DNA from: Octopus sinensis
Lineage: Eukaryota
Direction of reading: 5' to 3'
NCBI RefSeq assembly: GCF_006345805.1
Contig: NC_043018.1
Location: forward strand, 23,746,001 to 23,810,000
DNA: 64,000 bases
Position 1 is the stretch's first letter. Each line of letters starts with the position of its first letter. Made by a program: the position numbers and the translations under genes. This document shows, piece by piece, positions 1-13,500 of the stretch. A model generated the notes under the pieces. That model searched no databases. It was not told the DNA's origin and was given only the letters and a program-made list of their open reading frames with translations.

Positions 1-653
1 TTTTTTTTACTTTCTCTCTCAATTTCATCTTGTATTCAATCTTGAATATGTTCCCTTATCTGTTGTAAATACTCACTCTATACTCTTTGATTCATATTTT
101 CTGTTCTACACACTGGTGCTCCCATGTTTTTTCCAGTGATTCAACCCCTTGCTTTTCTCATTGCATATACCATCCCAATCTTTCCCTTGTTAGCTTACAT
201 CATCTATCGTCCATATTTTATAAACAAATACCAATTTTCAAATGAGATGATAAATAATTGCATTTATGTGCATGCATTAAATGATAGGTAATAGAAAAAA
301 ATTATATAAATTTTAAAAAACTACACTTTTCACTATTTGCTCACCACTTCCAACACCATCACCACCATTATAGTTTTCAGTAACAATGCTCAGTCTAAAT
401 TGTTTACCAACCAAGATTATTTCATTTCATTTCAGTTCAATTTATATCTTCTTTTCTTGCTGTCAATACAAAGTTTGAATTATAAATTTTAAGAAAATAA
501 CATCCACAGTTATTTTGCTAAGTTATTTCACTTTCATTGAAAAATCTATCTTCCTGTCTATGATGAATTTATTACCATATCTAATGTAAGCCTTCCTTTT
601 TCCATCCAGCCATTGACGTATTTGTCAATGTAGATAAATAGATCAACAGATTG

Positions 654-830
654 TATTGGCATCCTTTCTGTCTCGGGAGACAATGGAGTTGCGCATGAAG
701 TAGTCTAGTCCGGCTTTTATATTTCATGTCCTGATACATTTCCTGCTGTGGCTGTGTAGTCCTATCCTGGACAAACACTCCCTCTGGCAGGTACCGCAAA
801 TGTAGCGAAGACTGTTCCTGGCTGGTTGTA
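654..830 (-). mobile_element. RTE LINE extreme 3' end with target-site duplication
   Basis: Frame LRYICGTCQRECLSRIGLHSHSRKC* is the RTE C-terminal zinc-finger motif, followed by a short 3'UTR. Exact 12-bp TSD atcaacagattg at 642-653 and 831-842. Confidence 0.85.
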
Positions 831-954
831 ATCAACAGATTGAAGATATAAAAACATCAAATATTAAAGTGTTATAAAGTGATATAAAAACATCAAATAT
901 TAAAGTGTTATTTTCTTGTCAACCACAATAATATATGATGTATAAAATTTCCTT

Positions 955-1475
955 CTGCTAAGCAATTTATATTTCTCTCTACTTCTAACTTCAACAAACA
1001 TTTTAACCATGTCATTCCCCTCTTCACCTCATTATCACTTCTCTCTTTTACTTCCACTGAGAACATGACAGCTTCATGCATCAGCTGATGCCCATAATGC
1101 CCTCTGCTAAATATTGTATTTCTAACTCTCTTTCTCTGTATCACTCCCTTCAACTAACTTTTAACTATAAGTATTACATCCCCCCTACCTCACATCTCTT
1201 TACCTTTCCCTTCCACTAATCATGTGACATTTCAGTCGAAGCAATTTATAGATACTCTCTCCATTTACCTTTCTTTAACCTCACTCCTCTGCTAAAAAGT
1301 CTATTTCTCACTCTCTTTATATCACTCACTTCAACTAACTTTTTAATTATGTTGTAACTATTACCTACTCTCTACCTCACATTGTCAACACTTCCCTCTC
1401 GCGTTTCACCTTTCCCTTCAACTAATCCTGTAACAGCATATAGCATTTCGGCCGTAGCATATTAATGTATAGATT
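955..1475. repeat. Degenerate ~185-bp pyrimidine-rich tandem repeat (2-3 units)
   Basis: ctctgctaaa..tatttct..tatcactc.cttcaactaactttt..tacctcacat..cctttcccttc.actaatc recurs at ~1100-1250 and ~1286-1460. Confidence 0.7.
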
Positions 1476-1984
1476 CTTTTTACTATAGACACAAGGTCTG
1501 AAATTTGAGGGAGGGTTTAGTCAATTACCTCAACTCAAGTGCTCAACTGGTACTTATTTCATCAACCCTGAAAGGATGAAAAACGAAGTCAACCCCCCCT
1601 TGGGGGTTAATGTAATTGATTTTTCCCTCCCCTCAAAATTGCTGACCAAACTTAGAAAGAATATTACTCAGAAACAAGTAGGACCTGAGTGATATTTGGG
1701 GCCTTTTCCCTATGATGTTAGTAATATAACAAATTGTTCCAACTTAAAATTGAGGCCAGGTCCTGTAGTCAACTTATCAAGGAGCTCACCACTGCAATCC
1801 AGTGTCTGTCAACAGGAATGTAGTTTCTGATTAAAGAATATATATATTTCTTTTGTAACTACCACTCTCAATAAACTGAAAGACAAACTACTTATCTGAA
1901 AGGGAAGTAATTCTTCAAATAAATTCTGATACAGGGTTCAGGTGAAGTCTTCTGTAGCAGCACATATCATCAGTCAGTACAAAC

Positions 1985-2915
1985 CTTTGTCCTCTTCCTC
2001 CATGAGATGCAACATTTTCAGGTCACCCTTCATCACAAGTTCTCCTTGGTTCCACTCTTCTGCAGGTTCCACTAACTTGGCATGCCTGGCACTTTTGTAT
2101 GCTGCAGTCATCCTCCATACACATCAAATGCCTGTACTAGAACAGCCTCTTCTCTTGCATAATACACCAGATTCTTTTTATACCCTGTTTTTCTCTCAAC
2201 TCATTTGTGATCTAGCATACACATCCACTGGAGCATGTAAACTTCATTTTCCACTCACCTTCTGCATTCAAGGCCCAGGTCTTGCTACCATGCAGCTTTG
2301 CAATTCTAACACAGGCATCCTACAATCTGCCCTTCACTCTGAATGAAAAAGAAAAAACCTTTGTTGCCAGCAGTGGTCACAGCTCCCTGGATTTTTTCCA
2401 ACACATTCTTACCGTAGCTACTATACTTTCAGAGCAGCCACCACTTAATCATGTTTCCTAAGTAAAAGAAGCTACTAACTACTCATAATGAGCCATCTGG
2501 GCATTTAAAAGATCCATTTCCACTGTCCATATGAACAGAAGGCTGAGAACTAACCCTTGATGGATCCCTATCTTCACCCTAAATTGGTTACTGAGATCAC
2601 TGACTCTTACTTTACATACTGAATCTTTGTATCTGGTTTGCACAGCCCTCACAACCCATTTATCTAAACCTAGATTCCTCAGTAACCACCAAATGCTTTC
2701 TCCAAGTCAACAAATACCAGGAATAGAAGTTTATTCTTAATCAAGTATTTCTCTTGCAGTTGCCTCACTAAGAAGATTGTATCTGTTGTATCTCTTTCAG
2801 GCACAAAGCCAAACTGCATTTCATTTGTGCTTATGGATCAATTGTGCTATAACTCTCTCCATAACCGTCATAACCTAATCTAGCAGCTTAATGCCTCAAC
2901 AATGTCCTCTTCCTA
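1985..2915 (-). mobile_element. Old RTE-clade LINE fragment with internal deletions
   Basis: Minus strand reads GIKLLD*VMTVMERVIAQLI, EMQFGFVPERDTTDTIFLVRQLQEKYL and VFVDLEKAF; homologous to the 59870 element. Confidence 0.8.
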
Positions 2916-3959
2916 AGAGGCTGTTTTGTTGATCGGACCAACTAGAACCCATGTCGTCGTAAATGACAGTGCCAGTTAAACACACACACACACACACTTG
3001 TGTATCATGCTTAAAGCAGACACATTATTGAAAGCCTAATGAGCTGCAGTATTCATCTTAAGATAACATCTCCAATAGACATACAGTGTTAAAAAAACAG
3101 AAATACAGCAGTAAACACTATGTCTATAAGTGATGCTGTCTCAGGATAAATACAGTTGATTAGGCTTTCAATAATGTATTAATGTATCTGCTTTGAATAT
3201 GATACAAAGATTGCTGTTTTAAACTAATACTCCTCTGTTGCATACAACATACCTACATACATATAATTGTTTGTTTTCATGTTCAGTTATAATAAAACCA
3301 ATTTTACATTAATCTGAAGGGTTACTCTATATTTGTGTAGAGTATAAATTTATTATTTTGATACAAGAATGTTGTTGACAGTGACTTCAAAGTTTCAGTC
3401 AGCTAAGCCATCAGCCAATGATTGCTTAGCTGACTGAAACCTCAAAGTCACTGTCAACAATATTCTTGCATAAGAATAATAAATATGCATATATATTTTA
3501 CAAATTTCAATATTTCAGGCTTTGGCCATGCTATGACACCATCTCTAAGGATATAACCAGTTATGTAAGCTCCAGAAATATGACTGGTACTTATCTTATC
3601 AAATCTATAAACTCAACATTAATGTCCATTCCTCCTCCTTTGGCTGCTAACTTCTCACCTTCTCCATCTCATACAAAACACATCTTTTTCCATCCAGTCC
3701 TTCCTCCCAGATCAGCAATCCTCAAAGTCTGGAATCCTCACGCTATCAAACTTTTTCCTGCAAACATCCATTTACAGATGTCCTAGCTACCTAAATGTCA
3801 GATTATGCTCGTCCCACTCCAATCTTGGAGAACATGCAACGACCACCAATACTGGCCTTCCAACAAATTCAGGAAAAAGAAAGAAAGATGCATAGCCTGG
3901 GGATCAGGGAGTCCCAGCAGGTCAAGCTGTTACTTCTCTGCATTGAGAGGTCGCAGCTC

Positions 3960-4095
3960 CAGTACTAAGGACCTACAGACATGTGTTTAGAATGTTGCAG
4001 GAAAGAATCATGAGATGGATTCTTCAAGCTGAGCTAACCAGTAGGAGACCTAGGGTTAGACCAAGAATAAAATGGTTGGATAATATCCATAGTCT
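3960..4095 (+). mobile_element. Short RTE-like LINE C-terminal fragment, tail-to-tail with the 4095-4480 element
   Basis: HVFRMLQERIMRWILQAELTSRRPRVRPRIKWLDNI resembles the G.RPRGRPR.RW.D motif. Confidence 0.6.
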
Positions 4096-4480
4096 ATCAT
4101 CATTGTTCGACCATGGTCGAGACAATGGAATTTACCATGCTACGCCAGACTTCACGGTCCATCATAGCATTATGGAGATCCTGTTGCTGGATGCCTGTAT
4201 CCCTGGAGATTACATCAGGGTAGGAGAGTGTGTGCCCTCTGGTATTGTGAGTAGATGGCTTCCAGAGGAGAAGAGTAGAAATTGCCTCGTTTTCAGCTCT
4301 ACAACAATGTCCAGCAAACTGGACTCTACTACCTTTCACAAGAGATGATACAGGTGGTAGTTTCCCATATATTTGCATTTTGGTTAGATGACGCTTCCAC
4401 GAGAGATTATGAGCTCTCACAAGGAGGCGAGTGTAGGTTCCATCCAACCGCCTCTCAAGCTTCTTTGATAGGTCGCACTT
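4095..4480 (-). mobile_element. LINE (RTE/RTEX-like) 3' fragment
   Basis: ORF 4100..4591: LERRLDGTYTRLL..NLSWKRH..QFAGHC.R..LLLWKP..AMMDREVWR, the typical post-RT C-terminus. Confidence 0.8.
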
Positions 4481-5449
4481 GAGAATCCTGCTGGAAAACC
4501 TAGTCATGCTTTGCTTTTGATAAGACCCTATTGAGGAGGTACCTGAAAACTCTACTTCCACAACCCTCCAACGAATAGTCGGAGAAAACAACAGATGGAT
4601 GAATTAAAAGAACCAGAACAGCTGGTAAAGGGGCCAAAAAGTTTTTAAAAAAAAGGTTTTTTGACAGTTTAAAAACAAAACAACAACAGCAGCAGCAACA
4701 GCCAATATATACATATAGTTTTATATAGAGATATTAATTTTTATAAACTTATTTCCTTGAACATTAAAAAAAAAATCAGGAAGTTAGTATTACATTTTTG
4801 TTGTAACAATGGAGTCTAAAATATATAAAAAGAAAAATCTCTTAAACATAAACAAGCAGAACACCGAATGTACATATTTACAATAATAATAATAATAATA
4901 ATAGTAATAATAATAATAATAATGATAAAATTTCAAAAGAAAAAAATAAATTGAAAATACAATCCTAGATATTTAACAGGTCAGTGATCTGCTTTCCAAA
5001 ACAGTAAATGGTGTTCTAGCTGTATTTACAATTATATACACATATATTTATGTATGTATATTGTATGTGTGTGTATACAAAGTAAATGCTAATTTCATGT
5101 TACTGCTTCAAAACAAGTTTAAGAACAACAACAAAACATTTACTGATAGAGAAACTCAATATTGAAAATTGAGTTAGATCTGTTGTAAAACTTGTTTAGT
5201 GTGGGACTTTTCAGCCAGACAGATTATTCAACCAACTCAAGGTGAATAAGCTGTCAGGCTAAACTTAAAAGTCCTTGTGAAAAAAAAAAATTGTATGATA
5301 TATAAGTATTATATATGTATATATATATATCTTCATTTTTGTGTTTGTTTTGTAAGATTCTTGATGTTAATTAATGTATTCAAACAAATCCTGTTGTGTC
5401 TTGGAAGAGCCATTACACCAATAATGATAATAATAATAATCCTTTCTAC

Positions 5450-5978
5450 TGAAAGGCACAAAGCCTGAAATTTTGGGGGAGGAGACTAGTTGATTACACT
5501 GACCCCCACTCTTTCATTGGTACTTAATTTATTGACCCCGAAAGGCTGAAAGGCCTCAGTGGAATTTGAATTCATAATTGCAATGGGCGAAATACCTATT
5601 TCTTTACTACCCACAGACAAACGGATTAAGTAGATTATATTGACCCCAGTGCGTAACTGGTACTTAATTTATCGACCCCCAAAAGGATGAAAGGCAAAGT
5701 TGACCTCAGTGGAATTTGAACTCATAATTGCAATGGGCAAAATACCTATTTCTTTACTACCCACAAGGGGCTAAACACAGAGAGGACAAACAAGGACAGA
5801 CAAACGGATTAAGTAGATTATATTGACTCCAGTGCGTAACTGGTACTTAATTTATCGACCCCGAAAGGCTGAAAGGCAAAGTCGACCTCGGTGGAATTTG
5901 AACTCACAATGTAACGGCAGACAAAATACAGCTAAGCATTTTGCCCGGCGTGCTAACATTTCTGCCAGCTCGCTGCCT
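5450..5978 (-). mobile_element. tRNA-derived SINE family B, full copy (5746-5978) with tandem partial copies
   Basis: Minus-strand head ggcagcgagctggcagaa..gagttcaaattcc; core gcctttcggggtcgataaattaagtaccag. Other copies at ~6680-6892, ~7185-7330, ~13564-13791, ~23910-24110, ~24515-24695 and ~54900-55080, usually beside (AAT)n. Confidence 0.85.
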
Positions 5979-7138
5979 TAATGATAATAATAGTAATAAT
6001 AAAGACACATACACTGGCTCCATATTACTTCTTTGTTGTTAATTGATTGGTTAGCTGTCTAACCAACTACATACCATATTTTAACATATATAAGGAACCC
6101 TTTTTTGTCAAAAATTAGGTTAAAAATATATGGGAGTTTCTTATACATGGATAGTATTATAATCCCTTACAAAACCTTTTTTCCAAATTTTAAGCCCCCA
6201 AAATTAGGGGATTCCTTATACACATTAAAATACGATAATCAATTGTTTGTGTTGCTGCAACCTCATCAATGATGTACCTCCTCTCTATTATTATTGGCGT
6301 AATTGACCCTTCCAGGACAAACCAAGATAGAATATATGTATTATATATGTATATAAATATATATAAAGAGACAGAAGTTTTTAAGTTGTCGTTTTCACTT
6401 ACCACAGCTAGAAATGTACAGAAAAAGAAACATAATTTCTTACTTTAGCATAAAGTCACATTTTTTTTTTTGGAGAAGATTGTAGTCATTAATAAAACTG
6501 ACTCCAGTTCTTTGGCTTTCATCCTTCCAAGTTAAAAAAAAGTTGAGTTGCCCATGCTGGAATTTGAGCTTAATACATAACGAAATACCCAAAGGCGGTT
6601 TGTCTGATGCTCTACAAATTCTGACAATTCAATACCCTTAATACTACTACTACTAGTAATAATAATAATAGTAGTAGCAGTTTCAAATTTTGGCACAAGG
6701 CCAGCAATTTTGGAGGAGGGAGTAAGTTGATTACATGAACCCTAGTATTTAACTGGTACTTATTTTATCAACCCCAAATGGATGAAAGGCAAAGTCAGTC
6801 TCAGCTGAATATGAACTCAGAACAGAAAGACAGACAGAATGCTTTTAAGTACCTTGCCCAACGTGTCAATGATACTGCCAGCTCACTGCCTTAAAATAAT
6901 AATAATAATAATAATAATCATAATAATAATAATAATAATTTTGGAACAAGGCCAATAACTTTTTGGAGGGAAAGGAGAAAGTTAATTATATCATTTCCAG
7001 TGCTCAAATGGTAATTATTTTATTGATATTGAAATTATGAATGGCCAAGTCCACCTTGACAGTAACTGAACTCAGAATGTAAAGAGCTGGAAGAAATGCA
7101 GCTAAACATTTTGTCCAACATGTTAACAATTCTGCCAT

Positions 7139-7184
<46 letters not shown>

Positions 7185-7331
7185 GTTTCAAATTTTGCCA
7201 CAAGAGCAGCAATTTGGGGGGGGGGTACTAGTCAATTACATGAACCCCAGTACATAACTGGTACTTAATTTATCAACTCTGAAAGGATGAAAGGCAAAGT
7301 TGACCTTGGCGGAATTTGAACTCAGAATGTA

Positions 7332-7362
<31 letters not shown>

Positions 7363-8207
7363 GTAATTTCTAACATATGCACAAAGGTAAAAAAAATTTG
7401 GTGGGAGAGATAAGAGTTGGCTTTGGCAACATTTGAATTCAAAACATAAAAGATATAAGTATTGCAAGACATTCTTGTCTGCCACACAAACCAATTCTGC
7501 CTAACTGCTACTCATTCTACAACGATAGTTTTTCTGCATCTCCAACCCAACTCCTCACTACAACTCCACAAGAATTTAAACATGGAAATTGACTCAATGT
7601 GTTCAGCTAAAAGAAACCCAGTTATATTAATCCAGCTCTGAGTCTCATCAACACTGATATGTGTGTGTGTGTGTTTGTGTGTGTATGTGAGTGAAACCTT
7701 ATAATAATGCATTTGTTTTTCAGGTTTACAATATACAGCTGCTATGAAAAAGTTGACAGAAACAGAAAAAAATAATAATAATAATCATTTGGTAGTTTTA
7801 TTATAAATAATTACAAATAAAATTTAAATATAAAAAAAAAAAAAGATCACAAACCAATAAGGGAGCATCTATATGGTCAGTTGACCTTGCTAGAAATAGA
7901 AGCCAAATGTCTTTGCAATTATACTTTACCATATATATATATATGTGTGTGTGTGGTGTGTGTGTGTGTGTGTGTGTGTGCGCGTGTGTAACAAAAATAC
8001 GCATGGAGAAAATCGCATCTTTAATTGTTGAATTCGCCTTACAAAACCAACAATTGTTTCTATTGAGTTAACATATTTAGACATAGAAAATATCATTGAA
8101 ATTGATATTTCTGAAAATACATGTTAACATGTTTTCAAGATGATCCAAAATTAGTTAAATTCAAAGTGATATATGCCTCAATTTTTTAATCCCTTTTTTT
8201 TTCTTAT

Positions 8208-8587
8208 TATATATATATTTATATATACATACAAATACATATATATATATATATATATTTATACATACATACATACAAATATATATTTATACATACATAC
8301 AAATATATATATATTTATACATACATATATATATATATTTTACATACATACATACATACAATATATATATATATTTATACATACATATATATATATATAT
8401 ATATTTATACATACATACATACATATATATTATATATATATATTTATACATACATACATATATATATATATATTTATACATACATACATATATATATATA
8501 TTTATACATACATACATATATATATATATTTATACATACATACATATATATATATATTTATACATACATACATATATATATATATTT

Positions 8588-8621
<34 letters not shown>

Positions 8622-8668
8622 TTATACATACATACATACATAAATATATACATACATATATATATATA
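8208..8668. repeat. Compound (TA)n/(TACA)n micro/minisatellite
   Basis: Repeating unit of about 24-28 bp, tttatacatacatacatatatatata. Confidence 0.95.
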
Positions 8669-9163
8669 GGAAAGTTACAATGGATAATGTTGTCTGCAAT
8701 AAACTCTATTGATGAAGAGCCTGTTCAATCAGGGGCTGAGCAGGTACTAAACAATAACAACAATACAATTTAATTAGTGAGGAAATCCTTTTTACATTTT
8801 TTTTTTTTTACTTATAAAAAAAAAAAAGATCTTTTTAGTTTTTTGGTTTTTATTGTTATGTATTTTTCTTTCTTCCAAAGAACTGGAAAGGATATAAAGA
8901 TGGGTGAGAAGATATAACAAAGGAACAAAAGAAAAAAAAGCCAATCAGACATGATTGTGGGATTAAGACATTTGCTCTGCAATGTGCTTCTACTTATAGC
9001 CTTTGCTTGACCGATTCCTTTCTAGTAAAACTTGGTAGACAGAAACAGAGCAGAAATCTATTACATGTGTGTGAGTGGGCGGAGGTGAGGGTGTCGCTTT
9101 TGTCAATAATTTTTATCTTTTATGCATTTCAATAATTAGATTGTGACCATGCGAGGTTTAGTG

Positions 9164-9514
9164 TTGGAATTCTCAACCATTTTTTATCTATGGACCCCTT
9201 TGATTATTATTTTATTCTGGTGGCCCTTGAAGTCATTCAACGTTTAAAGACTAGTTTTATAGAAACTCCTTCCAAAATTCCTATTTTGTTTCCCACACAT
9301 TCCCTTGTTTAGGTTGAACTATGTAAAATGTTAGAGAAAGAAACCCAGCTGTTTCTTGCAATACATAACCAATACATACATCTGAAGCAAAATTTTTCAG
9401 GGGCCCTTAAATTACTATTGTGGATTCCCAAATAACTGTTTTGTTACTTGGACCCCACTCCCCAGTCTTATATGGCCCCTGAGTGTCCATATAGATCCCG
9501 GCTGAGAACGACTG
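9164..9514. mobile_element. hAT-type MITE
   Basis: Degenerate TIRs ttggaattctcaacc / ggctgagaacgactg; 8-bp flanks gtttagtg / gtttaggg. Confidence 0.6.
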
Positions 9515-10175
9515 GTTTAGGGAACAAATCACTCCCAGTATTTAAGCTTGGGACACGTTTTAGCATTCTCTTCTGCCAAACTGCTCAGTAATGGGGATGT
9601 AAGTAAACCAACACTGGTAATCGAGTGGTGGGGCCTGAGGTTGACAAACACACACACACACATGCAATTACAATAAGCTTCAGTACAGTTTCTGTCTACC
9701 AAATTCACTCACAGGGCGCCAATCAACTCCAGATTGCAGAGCTATAGTAGAAGACCATAGAGGGTGCCATGCATTGGGACTGAACCCAAAATATAGAACA
9801 TAGTTGCAAAGCAAGCTTCCTAACCACTCAACCATACCTGTACCTATACTAACAAAAGATTTACAAGTCAGCGAAATGACAGATAAACCAGTGTTTTGAT
9901 AAAAATAAAAAATACTGTCTGATATTGACTTCACCCAAGTTCCATGGACACTCCCTTGCAACATCTGCCCTCAGATATACAGAGAAACAGCATGACTGCT
10001 CCATTCAAGACCTCCAACCCCAACAATGTTTATTATTGTTTACAAAATGCATGATATAAAAAATAATGTAATTTATTTGCTACAAAAATAATAACAGCAG
10101 TAGCAGCAACATTAATTGCCAGTGATGAGGAAATGTAACATAAAAATAAGGATGTTATAGTAAGCAGTAACATAT

Positions 10176-10565
10176 AGGTGCAGGAGTGGCTGTGGGTAAG
10201 TAGCTTGCTTGCCAACCACATGGTTCTGGGTTCAGTCCCACTGCGTGACACCTTGGACAAGTGTCTTCTACTATAGCCTCGGGCTGACCAAAGCCTTGTG
10301 AGTGGATTTGGCAGGTAGAAACTGAAAGAAGCCCATCGTATATGTGTGTGTGTGTGTATGTGTATGTGCATATATGTTTGTTCCCCCCACTATCGCTTGA
10401 CAACCGATGCCAGTGTGTTTATGTCCCCATAACTTAGCAGTTCGACAAAAAGGTATGATAGAATAAGTACTAGGTTCACAAAGAATAAGTCCTGGGATCG
10501 ATAGGTTTGACTAAAGGCAGTGCTCCATCATGGCCAGTCAAATGCCTGAAACAAGTAAAAGAATA
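10176..10565 (+). mobile_element. SINE family A copy
   Basis: Same head, body and tail as the other family A copies. Confidence 0.88.
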
Positions 10566-13500
10566 TCTTTTACTCCCTCAGCAAATATTTCAATATCCAT
10601 TTTTCGAGAGTTTGTAGTGGAGACGATCATCATCACCATCATTTAGTGTCTGCTTTCCATACTGGCATGGGTTGAATGGTTTGACAGAATCTGGTGATCT
10701 ACAGGGTTGTACTGAGCTCCAGGGTCAGCGCTTTGGCACGTTATTTTTATGGTCGGATTCCCTTCCTAATGCCCGTTGCTTTGCAGAGGGTACCGGGTGC
10801 TTTTTCATGCCACTAGCACTAGTGAGCTTGCCAAGTAACTTGCGAGGTGAAAAAGAACAGGAAAAGGAAAACCCCCATCATATAAGCGAGAGTATTTGAG
10901 GGTGAGGTGAGGTTTAAAGCCAGAAGTTGAAGGGCTGAGGTAGGGTAGCATGACAAGCACAGGTGTCTAGCTATAGAAAAGATACATGGCTATTCCATAC
11001 CATATACAGATGGGTGGGAGTATCTGGAAAGAAGGTAGAGACGGTGGGGATGAGCTGTCAGAATCTTTACTGGTATGGGGCATTTGATAGAGTGCTAAAT
11101 GTGGGGCACAGGCCCCACTGGTAGGGCCTGGGAAAATTGTGGTGGAGTGGGGTTCTGTACTTGCCAAGCACAAGGTTCTCATTAAAGTCGTTCATTTGTT
11201 TTCTTAGTCGATATTTTTTTTTCTTTTTTGGTACTCAGTACTTAATAAAAGAGATACTGGTAGATTATTTTGAATTAAGTAGTTGATAGAATATTAAAAA
11301 TAAAGTTGTTTTTTCCAAACACCGATGGGACATACATTCTTCGGGAAAGTTATAGTGGGGCCTGATGGTGGGGAATAGATTGGAAAACCCTGGTTTACAC
11401 CATAATTATCATGCTAATGCTCCCTTCCCAGCTGAAATGGATTTTGTAATACATGTTACTTGGTGATCCTGTTAGTGCAGGTACCACATGAAAAGCACCC
11501 AGTACACTGGGTAAAGTGACTGGCAATAGAAGGGTATCCAACCATAGAAACCAAGCTGAAACACACGGCTGGAACTTTGTGCAGCTGTCTAGTTTGCCAG
11601 CTGTAGCCAAAGCGTCCAACCCATGCCGGCATGGAAAACAGATGTTAAATGGCAATGACGATGATTCACTCTATATTTATTGTAACACAAGTTTGAACGA
11701 TGCGAGAGAGAGAGTGGGACTATCTCTGTGTAAACGAAGTCCATTATGATAATTATTCATCATGCATGTTCTTCAGCAAACCAAGACACCATCACACTTT
11801 CTTGAAAGATCTAGTGCTGATAAGGAAAGAAGTAAAGGGAACAGGTAGACAACGCCATTGAAAGTCTTCATCTTTGACCCTTCACAAGGATGGCTACAAA
11901 TGTGATGATAATTTTCCACAGACCTGGGGTAGATGCTGACTTCCTACCCACCTAAGGATATAATAAAATACTAAACTAGAAACAATAAGGGGTTATGTTT
12001 TGCTGAACGCTCAATCATCGAAATGATGAGGGAGTCCACCATTTATTGTGATGTTTGTTATTAACAGTTTTACAAAGCAAATTCTCTTCTGGAGTTCTGT
12101 GATTTGTAATTTGTCCTTTCTATTACAAAAATACACTTAATTTGAATGTTCAGCACACACACAATACTGTCAAAGTTACACGATAAGAATAAGAGTTTTC
12201 ACAGTTTAAATACTTTGAGTTGTGACCTTCATCCTTTTACAATAAAATGCATTTATAGAATCATCGTGAAACATAACCAAAATGATAACAAAGATGTTAT
12301 CTCTATATAGACGTAAAAAAAAAAAAGAGGTGGGATCAATCTCATTAGCTTCTACTCTCCTGGGGCCTTCAAAAGATAAAGATTATCCAACTTGTATCCA
12401 TAGAAAGATTAGTAGTTTATAGTTTATACTTATCATCCTCACTATCAACCCCACCAGGACATTACTGCCTTGGGCCTGGGAGCCATAGGGGCAGCTACCT
12501 GGTTTCCATGGCATATAAATGACTGAGATCACAGCATTTCCTTTGAATGGGATGCCAGTGTGTCACAGGGAGACCCATTTACAGCCGAGTGGACTGCAGC
12601 AATGTAAAATGAAGTGTTTTGCTCAAGAACATAATGCACTGCCCAGTCTGTGAATTGAAACCACAATCTTGGAATCAGGAGTGCAACACAGACAGGACCA
12701 TGAGCCTTCACTATCATCTACCAGCTTCTAATATAGCTATATATGGTGTATACCAATGGGGACTTGGTTAAACTAGTCAGACTGGTTTGTAGTAATTGCT
12801 GTGGGTTTTCTTTTTTTATAACCATGTTGGCTTTGAATTCAGTCTCCCTGTACGGCACATTGGTTAAGTATCTTCTGCTATAACCCTGAGCCAATCAATG
12901 CCTTGTAAGGCAATTGGTGTGTGTATGTATGTGTGTAAATGTATTTGTGTATGTTTACAACCTTTGGCGAGCTGTGGCTACAAACAGCGGTGTCACCATT
13001 TGTGGCTGGGCTGCTGCAAGTGGTGACATTTGTTGACATTCCTTGTCAACAAATCGTCTGTAAGCTCTGCACTTTTTAATTCCACTGATATTGAAAATTC
13101 CCTTCCTTGGAAACAGATATGGGCTCACAACAATGGAGAACTTATGGCCATAATAACCCGGCTTCAGATATCTCTCCATCTAACCCTTACTAAGATGGAA
13201 AAACAGATATTAAATGAAAGAACAAATAAATGACTGTATGCAGTAACAACATGGATTAATTACACCTATGCTGTAGCTACTTTGTTACTGTTGATGGTAA
13301 GGTTAAAATTGTATATTTATAAAAGAACAATACATACCCTTTAGGCATGGTCATATGGTACCTTGGGCAAGAGTCTTTTGCTATAGCCCTGAGCAAGCCA
13401 AAGTCATGTGAGCGGATTTGGTAGATAGAAACTGGAAGAAGCCCATAGTGTGTGTGTGTGTGTGTTTGTACATTTGTGTTTTCTTGTCTTGGCATTGTGT

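Noticed and set aside
581-835. 84-aa ORF as a gene
   Set aside because: It is an off-frame reading of an RTE 3' fragment; the meaningful frame is the CxxC..SRIGL.SH motif.
1942-2346. 134-aa plus-strand ORF
   Set aside because: Antisense to a decayed LINE; no independent coding signal.
8173-8643. Long I/Y/H/T-rich ORFs (also 21002-21397 and similar)
   Set aside because: Translations of TA/CA microsatellites.
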